From assembly GCA_041690775.1 (NCBI GenBank), contig JBEPVW010000001.1:7343-71342 (forward strand): a DNA stretch of 64,000 bases. The letters are read 5' to 3'. Below, piece by piece: positions 56,301 to 64,000 of the stretch. Source of the stretch: Acidobacteriota bacterium (lineage in GTDB: Bacteria; Acidobacteriota; Terriglobia; Terriglobales; Acidobacteriaceae). How positions within the stretch are numbered: position 1 is the first letter of the stretch; every line of letters starts with the position of its first letter. Position numbers and translations under genes: made by a program. The notes beneath the pieces were generated by a model. That model was not told the DNA's origin. It worked only from the letters and a program-made list of their open reading frames with translations, and searched no databases.

Positions 56301-57678
56301 CCGGCAGATGCATGAGTATCAACTGTCACAGACCTACATCGCGCGTGCCAAGGCCGCGGGCGCATCGGATATAGTCGTGCGGGTCGGCCTGGCCAACAAC
56401 TACCTGGCATTGGGAGATACGGCCCGAGCCGCAGCGGAACTGGCGGCCGTCAGCAATGAAGCGGAGAATGCGTCCAACTACCAATATCTGCTGGTTCAGG
56501 CCAGCGTCTACCAGCAGGAACATCATGGTGCCCTGGCGCTCACGGCCCTGGCGCAGGCCGCATCTGTCGCCGGCGATGATCAGGCGGTTCAGCAGGACCT
56601 TCTCCGGACGGCGGCAAACGAGGGGTATCGAATCAATTCCAAGGTGAGTGTGCTGGGCAATTTCACCTTGCAGCCAATCTTTGAACCTACGACCGTGTAT
56701 GTTCTGGATTCCAAGCTCGATGGGCCCGTGCCGGTGCCTCCGACCGACCCGTCTCTTCTTCCTCCGCCACGTTCGTCCCTCTTCACTCAGGGAACCGGCG
56801 CATACCATTTGCATATTCCGCATTTCGTACCCGCCAGCGGCCTTTTCCAGGTCAGCAATGCACGCGGAACGATCTCGGTACCCGCTACCAGTTCCATCGT
56901 GCACCGTAGTACGACCGATACCTCGCTCAACTTCGGGCTGAATCCCACGGTTCATCTGGGCAGGAACTCGCTGACCTTCAACGGCGGCGTTCAGGGAACG
57001 ATCCGCCGTGATTCTCTGTCCCCGAAGCAATTGAATCAGAATCTTTTTCGAGCGTTTGGGTATGTATCCACGAATTCGTTCTTCAATGCGATTTCGATGA
57101 GCGGGCATCTAATCTGGGAAGCCGGCCCGTTTACTGAAAGCAATCTGCATTCTCGGGCGTTGGCAGCCGGCGTTGATTTTCGCGTGGGACAGCCATGGGG
57201 AAAGACCGCTCTCGTAACTGGATGGGGATCGATCGACCAGCAGTTCACGCCTGTGGGGATCGAAGACTACTACACATCTGCCTATGTTGGCCTAACCCAT
57301 CGGTTCTCGGACCGGTTGGACGTTGAGGCTCTTGCAGGAGATCTCCGGGCGTGGAGAGTCGTTGGAGCGCGGTCCGGAATTGCGCAGGCCCTTCGCCCGG
57401 CCGGAACCGTTAACTTCAGCCCAAGGCGCAATTGGCAACTTCAGGCGTCCAGCGCATACTTCAACAACAGAAGCTTCCATCCCTACGACGCGATCCAGAA
57501 TAGCTTTTCTGCCTCGTATACAAGGCCCTTCAACCGCACATTGAATGACGAATCCGGAGAAATCCACGTCCAATATCCGATTCGCTTCTCGGCGGGTTTT
57601 CAACAGGAGAGCTTCTACAACTTTAGTAACGGCCACAGCCAACAGTTCAGACCGTATGTGAGCATCACACTCTTTTGA
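53374..57678 (+). CDS. Giant TPR-repeat protein with C-terminal outer-membrane beta-barrel-like domain (PelB/BcsC/PgaA-type architecture)
   Basis: 1434 aa with an N-terminal signal-like segment (the exact start is uncertain: TTG 53374, TTG 53389 or ATG 53434). Roughly 1000 aa of TPR-type repeats follow (recurrent A..Y..AL...P.N motifs). The last ~400 aa have an alternating hydrophobic pattern rich in G/S/N/Y/F and end ..RPYVSITLF (terminal Phe). Confidence 0.7.
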   Translation: MYAGDLLIATHGFLKTACVSMLVVALAYSLQAQTYQVAPDSSAKPPTQAGKKTGKKPPAPTGKQSGKQSGNPAASGQSLGFGSNIQNARLGRAAELALQHGDRAQALSYAQRAAEAAPNDPRLWFLVGYAARLNGRYPLSIDAYNRGLRLSPSAVEGLSGLAQTYSLTGRTDEAEGLLKQVISSNPKRSSDALLLGNLYMKSGNYTEALNWLSRAERIRPDARSELLLAISYQRLKRMDMASRYLEMARRRAPNNPDVQRSLAGYYREIGNYPAAIAALKSIRNPRPDVKAELAYTYQLDGKLDETARLYAQAANAAPRNLSLQLSAAQAAVAVGSFDHANSFLQRAAGLNANYYRLHAIRGQIAHLQEHDSDAVQEYTAALSHLPASPAEGPLYGIQIHMDLMSLYRNLGNEDASRQQLQTAQTEIGALDEQGPGRTPFLRLRALIKMNLGNLDSALKDMNEALALSPHDPNSLQLDGDLLMKFGRTEDAIAVYKRVLAIDSRNRFALTSLGYASRAVGRDQDARRYFERLAKNYPTLYVPYLALGDMYAAHRDFAKAEASYTKAYKLAPRNTLIVAGAMNAAIEAQKLDLAAVWLSRATAKMQQEPQMLAQRERFLRLKGEYLQSAEVGREAIKVLPQNRDVVVYLGYDLLQLEKYDELQQLTSKYDKAFPKDSDIPLLAGYVHKHSGELDKALQDFTEALKRNPDVVTAHVNRGYVLNDLHQPEAAAADFEAALKREPKNGQAHLGLAYADLNLNRLQAAVRQSQLAERDSGDSEFVHLIRATAYGREGLLTKEIAEYRAALKFAPNDGALYLGLGNALFSGRRYREAVDALQMAVKLSPDNAAVYALLARAYANLGDRGQTLHYVQLAEQSAQMTPADKANTAAGLSEVYIATGEALSTLGDQKAAMERFGKALTAPDSNRISVRLAIAHLMAQQENYDGAQRQIALALMEGEAGETAPPTGSQYIQAADIFRQMHEYQLSQTYIARAKAAGASDIVVRVGLANNYLALGDTARAAAELAAVSNEAENASNYQYLLVQASVYQQEHHGALALTALAQAASVAGDDQAVQQDLLRTAANEGYRINSKVSVLGNFTLQPIFEPTTVYVLDSKLDGPVPVPPTDPSLLPPPRSSLFTQGTGAYHLHIPHFVPASGLFQVSNARGTISVPATSSIVHRSTTDTSLNFGLNPTVHLGRNSLTFNGGVQGTIRRDSLSPKQLNQNLFRAFGYVSTNSFFNAISMSGHLIWEAGPFTESNLHSRALAAGVDFRVGQPWGKTALVTGWGSIDQQFTPVGIEDYYTSAYVGLTHRFSDRLDVEALAGDLRAWRVVGARSGIAQALRPAGTVNFSPRRNWQLQASSAYFNNRSFHPYDAIQNSFSASYTRPFNRTLNDESGEIHVQYPIRFSAGFQQESFYNFSNGHSQQFRPYVSITLF

Positions 57679-57685
57679 GGCACGC

Positions 57686-59146
57686 ATGATGAAAATCTGT
57701 CTAGTCGCGACGTTCCCCCCCAGCGGACGGCAGCTGAATGAGTACGCGTTCCATATTGCGCGCGAACTGCAGCGCAATCCAGACATAAGTCTCACCATTC
57801 TCGCTGACGAGCTGACCGACTATGAGTTTGCCACCGACGCGAACGGCGACACGTTGAACGCACAGCAACAGCCGGAACTGCCCGGTTTCAACGTGATCCG
57901 CTGCTGGAAGTTTGGCAGCCTGGCAAATCCAGTGCGCCTGTTGAATGCCATTCGGAAACTGGAACCCGACGTGGTGTGGTTCAATCTAATCTTTTCGAGC
58001 TTTGCAACTCCTGAGAACCCGGTAGCCGCCTTTGCTGGGCTTTCCGCGACGGCTCTCACCCGGGCCTCCGGCTATTACACGCATATCACACTGCACCACA
58101 TCATCGAACATGTCGACTTCGACGCTGCTGGAGTCAAGCAGGGATGGATGTTGCGAATCGGCAGCCACGTGGCCACCCGGGCCCTGCTGCAGGCGCATTC
58201 CGTGTCTGTCCTGCTTTCCGCTTATCGGCGCACTCTAATGACGAAGTATTCCGCTCAGAATGTTCTGTTGGGCACCCACGGAACGTTCGCACCAACCCCC
58301 ACTCCACCGGATTTTTCGAAGCGCGGCAATCCCGAACTTCGCATTCTGGCGATCGGGCATTGGGGCACCTACAAACGGCTGGAGACGCTGATGGAGGCTT
58401 TTCCGGCTGTTCTGAAAAAAATCCCCAACGCCAGGCTGATCGTCGCGGGCGCCAATCATCACACCAAAGCCGGATATTGGGAATCGATACGCGAAGCGCA
58501 GCCCGCAGGCCTGCCGATCGAGTTCCGCGGGTATGTCCCGGAAGATGATATTCCAGAGCTTTTTCAGACAACTTCAATCCTCGTTCTACCCTACGACTCC
58601 GCTACTGGATCGAGCGGCCCGGCCCATCAGGCGTGCGAGTTTGGAGTTCCCATCGTCTGCGCCGACATCGCCGATCTTCGGGAAATGGCGACGGACGAAG
58701 ACATGGCCGCCAGGTTCTACAAGACAGGCGACGCGGCCGGTCTCGCCGAGCAACTGATTGCCATTCTTGAGTCTCCCGAGCTGCAGCGCAGCATGTCGGA
58801 ACACAACTTTGCGGCGGGGATCCAGATGACCATGGACAGCGTTGTCCGCAACTATCTTCGCTGGTTCGCACTCCATAAGTGCAAAAGGGAGATACGCACT
58901 CCAGGAATTTTTTCAAGGGGCCGCGGTATGTGGCCGCGTTCTCTATTTTCACGACCCGGCCAGGTGTTGCATCCGGGTCCTTTCATGGATGGTAAGAGTG
59001 GCGTGGAGAAGAGCCACCGCGTCGAACCGGTTGGGATCAACGCTCCGTCTATCGATTTGCCGAATTCCATTGCCTGGCGCAAATCGGAAACGTCCAAAAA
59101 TCATCCGGATGGCGATAGGTATCAGGCCAGCCCGGCTCTCGATTAA
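57686..59146 (+). CDS. Glycosyltransferase family 4 (GT-B, group 1)
   Basis: Starts 8 nt after the upstream stop (the GAGG RBS overlaps that stop). MMKICLVATFPP.. The C-terminal Rossmann half has GYVPEDDIPELFQTTSILVLPY..SGPAHQACEFGVPIV (EX7E-type region). A ~100-aa C-terminal extension has no recognisable features. Confidence 0.8.
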   Translation: MMKICLVATFPPSGRQLNEYAFHIARELQRNPDISLTILADELTDYEFATDANGDTLNAQQQPELPGFNVIRCWKFGSLANPVRLLNAIRKLEPDVVWFNLIFSSFATPENPVAAFAGLSATALTRASGYYTHITLHHIIEHVDFDAAGVKQGWMLRIGSHVATRALLQAHSVSVLLSAYRRTLMTKYSAQNVLLGTHGTFAPTPTPPDFSKRGNPELRILAIGHWGTYKRLETLMEAFPAVLKKIPNARLIVAGANHHTKAGYWESIREAQPAGLPIEFRGYVPEDDIPELFQTTSILVLPYDSATGSSGPAHQACEFGVPIVCADIADLREMATDEDMAARFYKTGDAAGLAEQLIAILESPELQRSMSEHNFAAGIQMTMDSVVRNYLRWFALHKCKREIRTPGIFSRGRGMWPRSLFSRPGQVLHPGPFMDGKSGVEKSHRVEPVGINAPSIDLPNSIAWRKSETSKNHPDGDRYQASPALD

Positions 59147-59513
59147 CTGATTTCCTCTACGGTGGGTGTGGGTAAATTGAACGCCCTGTACCCCGTCAGA
59201 CATGCAAATTGCTGCGCATAAATCGAACAGGCTGACATTTAAGCCTTACTTCTAGCGCGATACCCAATGATGCCTGCATCTTAGCTCGACAGAATTTGGC
59301 CCTGCACTTGCATCAAATTGGCTGGGGCCTGTCAGCTTCTCAATATTTCAGAGCCTGCTTTACCTATTTTTCGCGTTCAGACGATTGCCGGTAGCGTGTT
59401 TTCTCAATCTGGTTTATTTCTGGCCAGGAGAAAAGGCGAAACCCGGCGCGTGAATGTACTTGAATCTCGCAACAGCTCGACCGATGCGATCAAAAGACGG
59501 AGTTACCTAGCGC

Positions 59514-62500
59514 ATGTTTAATTTTTCTCCCCCCCTTTGGTGTAATTTTTCAGGCCAGTCTTCCTTCCGCAAGCAGGGGAAGAAGCACGCTGCGGTAAAA
59601 ATACGCTCGCGCTGGTCCCTCTCCCGCTTTCGTTCGCCTGTATCGCTTTTGGCCTGTCTATCAGTGTCCCTGCTGTTCACGGGATGCAGCGGCATGGCTC
59701 CCATCAATTCCGGCGGTTCGACTTCGGCGCCGACAATCACGGTCACTGCCAATCCCGCGTCAATCGGCTCGGGGGCTTCTGCAACATTAACCGTGGCTGC
59801 CACGAATGCCACCCAGGTGACAGTAGCCGGAACGGATGGCAGCACGTACACCTTGCAGCCAAGCGGCGGAACGCAGACCGTCAGCCCGACGGCGACGACG
59901 ACTTATACCGCGACCGCAACCGGAGCTGGAGGGAAAACCTCAGCGACTACGATCGTAACGATCGGATCGAGCGCGGCGCCCACCGTCAGCATTGCTGCGA
60001 ATCCCCCTTCGATTGATGCCGGAACTTCATCCACTTTGACCGTGACCGCGACGAATGCCACGCAAGTGACAGTGACGGGGTCGGATGGCACCACGTACAC
60101 GCTACAGCCGAGTGGCGGAACCCAGACGGTCAGCCCTGCGGTATCGACCACCTACACGGCGACCGCAACCGGATCGGGAGGAACCACCACGGCTACCGTC
60201 AACGTAGCGGTAGGACTGGCCCCATCCCCGACCGTCAACATGCTCGCCAATCCCACTTCGGTTGCTTCGGGGGGTTCTTCCACCTTGACTGTGACCGCGA
60301 CCGACGCCACAAGCGTGACCGTAACCGGAACGGATGGCAGCACGCATAACCTGCAGCCGACCGGCGGAACGGAAACCGTCAGCCCCACCGTGACCACGAC
60401 CTACACTGCGACTGCGACCGGAGCTGGAGGAACTGTTACGGCGACCGCCACCGTAACAGTAGTACCGCCTGTGCTGCCGACAGTCAGCATCGCTGCTAAC
60501 CCGACCTCGGTGGCTCCGGGGAGTTCATCCACGTTGACCGTGGCCGCGACCAACGCCACGCAGGTTGTAGTGACCGGATCGGACGGCAGCAGCTATACCT
60601 TGCAGCCGAACGGCGGCGCTCCGTCTGTTAGCCCCACTACGACAACGACTTACACCGTGACCGCGACCGGGCCGGGTGGACAGGCCACCGCGACCACGAC
60701 CGTGACCGTGAAAGCAAACCCCGCACCGACCGTCGGCATCACCGCCAATCCGACTTCCGTGGCTGCCGGAAGTTCATCGATTCTTACGGTAACGGCGACC
60801 AATGCCACTCAGGTGACCATCAGCGGAAGCGATGGCAGTACGTACACCCTGCAGGCCAGCGGCGGCACGCAGGCAGTCAGTCCGGCCGCGACAACAACGT
60901 ACACTGCGACCGCGACCGGAGCCGGAGGCACAATCACGGCGAGCGCGGTGCTCACAGTGACGCCGAACCCCCCGCCGACTGTCACCATCAGCGCAAGCCC
61001 TACCTCGATCGTCTCGGGAACCTCGTCTACATTAACCGTGGACACGACAAATGCCAACCAGGTGACGATAACCGGAACCGATGGCAGCAACTATACCCTG
61101 CCTTCAACCAGCGGAGCGCAGACCGTCAGCCCGACCGCGACAACGACGTACACTGCAACAGCGACCGGGGCCGGAGGAACGTCCTCGCAGGCCACAACGG
61201 TAACGGTGACGAAGAATCCGCCGCCGACCGTCAGCATTATCGCCAACCCCACGTCGGTCGTTTCAGGAAATCCTTCCACGTTGACCGTAACTGCGACGAA
61301 CGCTGCGCAGGTGACTGTGACCGGCACGGACGGCAGTTCGTACACCCTTCAGCCGAGCGGCGGAACGCAGGCAGTCAGCCCGACCGCGACAACGACCTAC
61401 ACCGCCACGGCGACTGGAGCGGGAGGAAATATGTCGGCGGAGGCCACCGTAGCGGTGGTGCCGCCAGGCAGTATTGACTCCATCAACCATGTCATCTTCA
61501 TGCTGCAGGAGAATCATTCGTTCGACAATTACTTCGGCATGCTGAATCCGTATCGCGTGGCGAAGGGCTGGACCCAAGGCGACAACGGCGTCACATATAC
61601 CGTAGATGGCATCGACGACAAGCTAACCACCATCAGCAACAAGGACGACGAAGGCGACATCTATACGCTTTTCAAGTTCAAGACCACTTGCATCGACGAT
61701 GACAGTTCGGATTGGCTGGCAAGTTTCGGAGATGTCAAGAAATATGATCGCCTCCCTACCCGTCCCATCCTTATGGATGGCTTTGTCCACAATGCTGAAG
61801 GCTTTGCCAAGGCATGCATTAAGTCCGGCACATGTTCCGGACTTTTCACCGACGTGACGGGTAAGCGTTCGATGGGGTACTACGATCAGAGTTACCTCAA
61901 CTACTACTACTACATGGCCTCCCAGTTCGCGGTATCCGACCGTTGGTTTTCCCCGGTGGCGAGCAAGAGCATTTCCAACCGTATCGCCGTCTATACCGGT
62001 GGCACCACTCAGGGCCTGGTCAAAGATCCCGGCAATGACCACCTCGCAGCGCTGAATATCGCGACTATCTTTCAGAAGCTTGATCAGGCAAACCATGTAT
62101 CGTGGAAAATTTACTACACCGCCACCGACGGTTTTTGTTTCGCGGACGGTGACTGCCCCGGCACCAGCAACGCTGCTTATCCTGCGATTTATCTCACTCA
62201 CCTGACGTATGCATACAAGTATGTGCATGGCAATACCCCCAGCACCCCCTGCACGGGTACCACGCAGCCGTCCAGCGTAGTTGGAGATTCCAAGAACTCC
62301 TTCTGCATCGACCCGAACCACATTGCGCCGTTAACCGATAAGACTTACGGATACTTCGCCGATCTAACTAACGGTACGCTTCCCAGCTTTTCCTTCATTG
62401 AAGCCGGGTACGGCATCGATGACGAGCATCCCGGGTCAAACGATTCAATCTTGACCGGCCAGGCGGATGTGGCAAAGATTGTGAACGCTCTCACTGCCAG

Positions 62501-63080
62501 TTCTGAATGGAAGGATTCTGTCTTCTTCTTCAGCTATGACGAAGGCGGTGGACCCTACGATCACGTCCCACCTGTAGCCGGCCACACGAACGATTTCACC
62601 GACGCCTCGCTTGGAATCAACACGGATATCTCATCGATCGCGGTGAACCCGGATCAGGCCAATGGGCTGGCGATTTACAACCCATGCGTGCCATCGACAC
62701 CCGGTACCCCAACGCTCCATTGCGACCTGGCGACGGATGACCCTGGAGCTAACCCGAACGATGCTGCGGCCAATCCAGATGGTTTGACCACGGGCAGGGG
62801 CTTCGCCGCCCAGCTCGGATTCCGCGTGCCGAATTTTGTCATCTCGCCCTTCGCCCGGCGGCACTATGTTTCGCACATCCCGATGGACCACACTGCGGTA
62901 ATAAAGTTCGTGGAGAACCGCTTTATCGGAGCCTCTGCGCATCTAACTTCCCGCGATGCCGTGCAACCAAACTTGCTGGACTTTTTCGATTTCAACAGCG
63001 TTCCCTGGGCCACGCCGCCAACGCCGCCAACGCCTTTCAGCTCGAAGACTACATGCACGCCAACGAGCATGGGGCCGTAG
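59514..63080 (+). CDS. Lipoprotein: 7 tandem Ig-like modules + phosphoesterase family domain (phospholipase C / acid phosphatase family)
   Basis: 1188 aa with lipobox LLFTGC and seven ~83-aa repeats. The catalytic domain has INHVIFMLQENHSFDNYFGML, VSDRWFSP, DDEHPGS, FSYDEGGGPYDHVPP and GFRVPNFVISPF. Confidence 0.85.
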   Translation: MFNFSPPLWCNFSGQSSFRKQGKKHAAVKIRSRWSLSRFRSPVSLLACLSVSLLFTGCSGMAPINSGGSTSAPTITVTANPASIGSGASATLTVAATNATQVTVAGTDGSTYTLQPSGGTQTVSPTATTTYTATATGAGGKTSATTIVTIGSSAAPTVSIAANPPSIDAGTSSTLTVTATNATQVTVTGSDGTTYTLQPSGGTQTVSPAVSTTYTATATGSGGTTTATVNVAVGLAPSPTVNMLANPTSVASGGSSTLTVTATDATSVTVTGTDGSTHNLQPTGGTETVSPTVTTTYTATATGAGGTVTATATVTVVPPVLPTVSIAANPTSVAPGSSSTLTVAATNATQVVVTGSDGSSYTLQPNGGAPSVSPTTTTTYTVTATGPGGQATATTTVTVKANPAPTVGITANPTSVAAGSSSILTVTATNATQVTISGSDGSTYTLQASGGTQAVSPAATTTYTATATGAGGTITASAVLTVTPNPPPTVTISASPTSIVSGTSSTLTVDTTNANQVTITGTDGSNYTLPSTSGAQTVSPTATTTYTATATGAGGTSSQATTVTVTKNPPPTVSIIANPTSVVSGNPSTLTVTATNAAQVTVTGTDGSSYTLQPSGGTQAVSPTATTTYTATATGAGGNMSAEATVAVVPPGSIDSINHVIFMLQENHSFDNYFGMLNPYRVAKGWTQGDNGVTYTVDGIDDKLTTISNKDDEGDIYTLFKFKTTCIDDDSSDWLASFGDVKKYDRLPTRPILMDGFVHNAEGFAKACIKSGTCSGLFTDVTGKRSMGYYDQSYLNYYYYMASQFAVSDRWFSPVASKSISNRIAVYTGGTTQGLVKDPGNDHLAALNIATIFQKLDQANHVSWKIYYTATDGFCFADGDCPGTSNAAYPAIYLTHLTYAYKYVHGNTPSTPCTGTTQPSSVVGDSKNSFCIDPNHIAPLTDKTYGYFADLTNGTLPSFSFIEAGYGIDDEHPGSNDSILTGQADVAKIVNALTASSEWKDSVFFFSYDEGGGPYDHVPPVAGHTNDFTDASLGINTDISSIAVNPDQANGLAIYNPCVPSTPGTPTLHCDLATDDPGANPNDAAANPDGLTTGRGFAAQLGFRVPNFVISPFARRHYVSHIPMDHTAVIKFVENRFIGASAHLTSRDAVQPNLLDFFDFNSVPWATPPTPPTPFSSKTTCTPTSMGP
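59727..61472 (+). repeat. Seven in-frame tandem repeats of ~249 bp (83 aa) encoding Ig-like modules
   Basis: Each unit fits P-T-V-x-I-x-A-N-P-x-S-[VI]-x-x-G-x-S-S-T-L-T-V-x-A-T-N-A-T-Q-V-T-V-x-G-[ST]-D-G-S-x-Y-T-L-Q-P-S-G-G-T-Q-x-V-S-P-x-x-T-T-T-Y-T-A-T-A-T-G-A-G-G. The units are conserved at protein level but carry many nucleotide differences. Confidence 0.9.
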
Positions 63081-63177
63081 TCCCCATTGTTCCTGCAACT
63101 CTTGACTTATTTCCTTCTTCGCGTGGAGAAAAGAGCGATAGAACGACCATCTTGAACGGACGTACGCGGAGTAAGTC

Positions 63178-64000
63178 ATGAAGATATTGCGGTGTAGCAG
63201 CTTGATACTTGTGGCGCTCGCGGCCCCGGCGTTCGCAAGTGTTACCGTCACCAGTCCAGCACCCGGTTCAACGGTCAGTTCGCCCGTGCATTACGTGGCG
63301 ACCTCCACCGCTCCGACTTGCTCCACAGGCGTGTCTTCCATGGGCATCTACGTCAACAATAAGCTGACGTACATGGCCCATGGAGCGCAAAAGATCGATA
63401 CCCAACTGAGTTTGGCTGCGGGTTATGAGCATACCGTCGTCCAGGAGTGGGACAAGTGCGGCGGTTCTACTTTCACCACCGTCAACATCACGGTGAGCGC
63501 ATCTTCGGGTCCGTCCGTCAGCTTGACTGCTACCCCGCCTTCGATTGAGTCGGGAAGTTCCTCCATGTTGACCGCGACCGCGACCAATACCACTCAGGTG
63601 GTCATCACGGGAACCGACGGCAGCTCGTATACCTTGCCGGGAACCGGAGGAAAGCAAGCCGTCGGCCCGAGTGCGACGACGACCTACACAGCGCAGGCCA
63701 GCGGGTCTCAAGGAAGCGCAATGACGACCGCAATCATCAGTGTGGTTCCGGCGGGCAGTGCGAACGCCATTGCACACGTCATCTTCCTGATGCAGGAGAA
63801 CCATTCGTTCGACAATTACTTCGGCATGTTGAATCCGTATCGCCAGTCGAAGGGCTGGACCAAAGGGGACGACGGTAAAACGTATACCGTGGATGGCATC
63901 GACGATAAGCTGACGACCATCAACAATGTGGACGATGCAGGCGACGTTTTTAAGCTTTACAAGTTCACTACTACCTGCATCGATGACGACAGCTCGGCTT
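63178..64000 (+). CDS. Secreted Big_7-like Ig + Ig-like repeat + phosphoesterase family protein (3'-truncated by window end)
   Basis: My own translation from ATG 63178 gives MKILRCSSLILVALAAPAFA|SVTVTSPAPGSTVSSPVHYVATSTAPTCSTG.. This Ig type is the same as the N-termini of 38973, 40204 and 41435. One repeat follows, of the 59514 type (SVSLTATPPSIESGSSSMLTATATNTTQVVITGTDGSSYTL..). Then comes AHVIFLMQENHSFDNYFGMLNPYRQSKGW.., and the frame is still open at 64000. Confidence 0.8.
   Translation, partial: MKILRCSSLILVALAAPAFASVTVTSPAPGSTVSSPVHYVATSTAPTCSTGVSSMGIYVNNKLTYMAHGAQKIDTQLSLAAGYEHTVVQEWDKCGGSTFTTVNITVSASSGPSVSLTATPPSIESGSSSMLTATATNTTQVVITGTDGSSYTLPGTGGKQAVGPSATTTYTAQASGSQGSAMTTAIISVVPAGSANAIAHVIFLMQENHSFDNYFGMLNPYRQSKGWTKGDDGKTYTVDGIDDKLTTINNVDDAGDVFKLYKFTTTCIDDDSSA

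Noticed and set aside
56326-57108. 260-aa minus-strand ORF inside the TPR-barrel gene. Also 61623..62321 and 63268..63804, which lie opposite the phosphoesterase genes.
   Set aside because: All are antisense shadows within long, motif-supported plus-strand frames.
59727-61472. Regular tandem repeats that might suggest a CRISPR array
   Set aside because: The period is ~249 bp with no spacer/repeat alternation. The repeats are in-frame within a long ORF and encode Ig-like modules. No cas genes are present.

Overview
This is a high-GC chromosomal segment. It is most consistent with an Acidobacteriota (Terriglobia-like) genome. That placement is an inference from a CarboxypepD_reg-type TonB-dependent outer-membrane protein, characteristic intergenic repeat elements and many Ig-like secreted proteins.

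The first half (1-33.3 kb) is ordinary core or accessory metabolism:
- two inverted GH20-like hexosaminidase paralogs flanking a TonB-dependent receptor-like protein;
- tRNA-Ser(UGA) next to a decayed GH42 beta-galactosidase remnant;
- a LacI-controlled sugar isomerase gene with a readable promoter and two operators;
- a repeat-rich Pro/Gln lipoprotein;
- a ClC channel;
- a czcCBA-type heavy-metal RND efflux operon and a MacB/FtsX-type permease;
- a hemE-hemH-hemY operon;
- gcvT-gcvH-gcvPA-gcvPB;
- tRNA-Arg(CCG).

After tRNA-Arg (33.7-64 kb) the window becomes a cell-envelope and secretome region. It holds Ig-like/beta-helix and Ig-like/phosphoesterase proteins built from shuffled modules. It also holds a tandem triplication, plus a relic fourth copy, of an Ig + jelly-roll-like secreted protein.

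The most interesting part is a ~17 kb polysaccharide or glycosylation locus at 42.5-59.1 kb. It contains:
- a giant TPR + beta-barrel protein;
- GT4, polyprenyl-phosphate GT2 and GT-C-like enzymes;
- a secreted glycoside hydrolase candidate;
- a Wzx/MOP-like membrane protein fused to a ParB/Srx-like domain;
- STAS and dTMP-kinase-like proteins.

The locus lacks canonical Wzy/Wza/Wzc, ABC-transporter or BcsA-type components. No CRISPR array, integrase, transposase or prophage genes were seen. All functional calls rest on motif recognition by eye and need HMM or structure confirmation.
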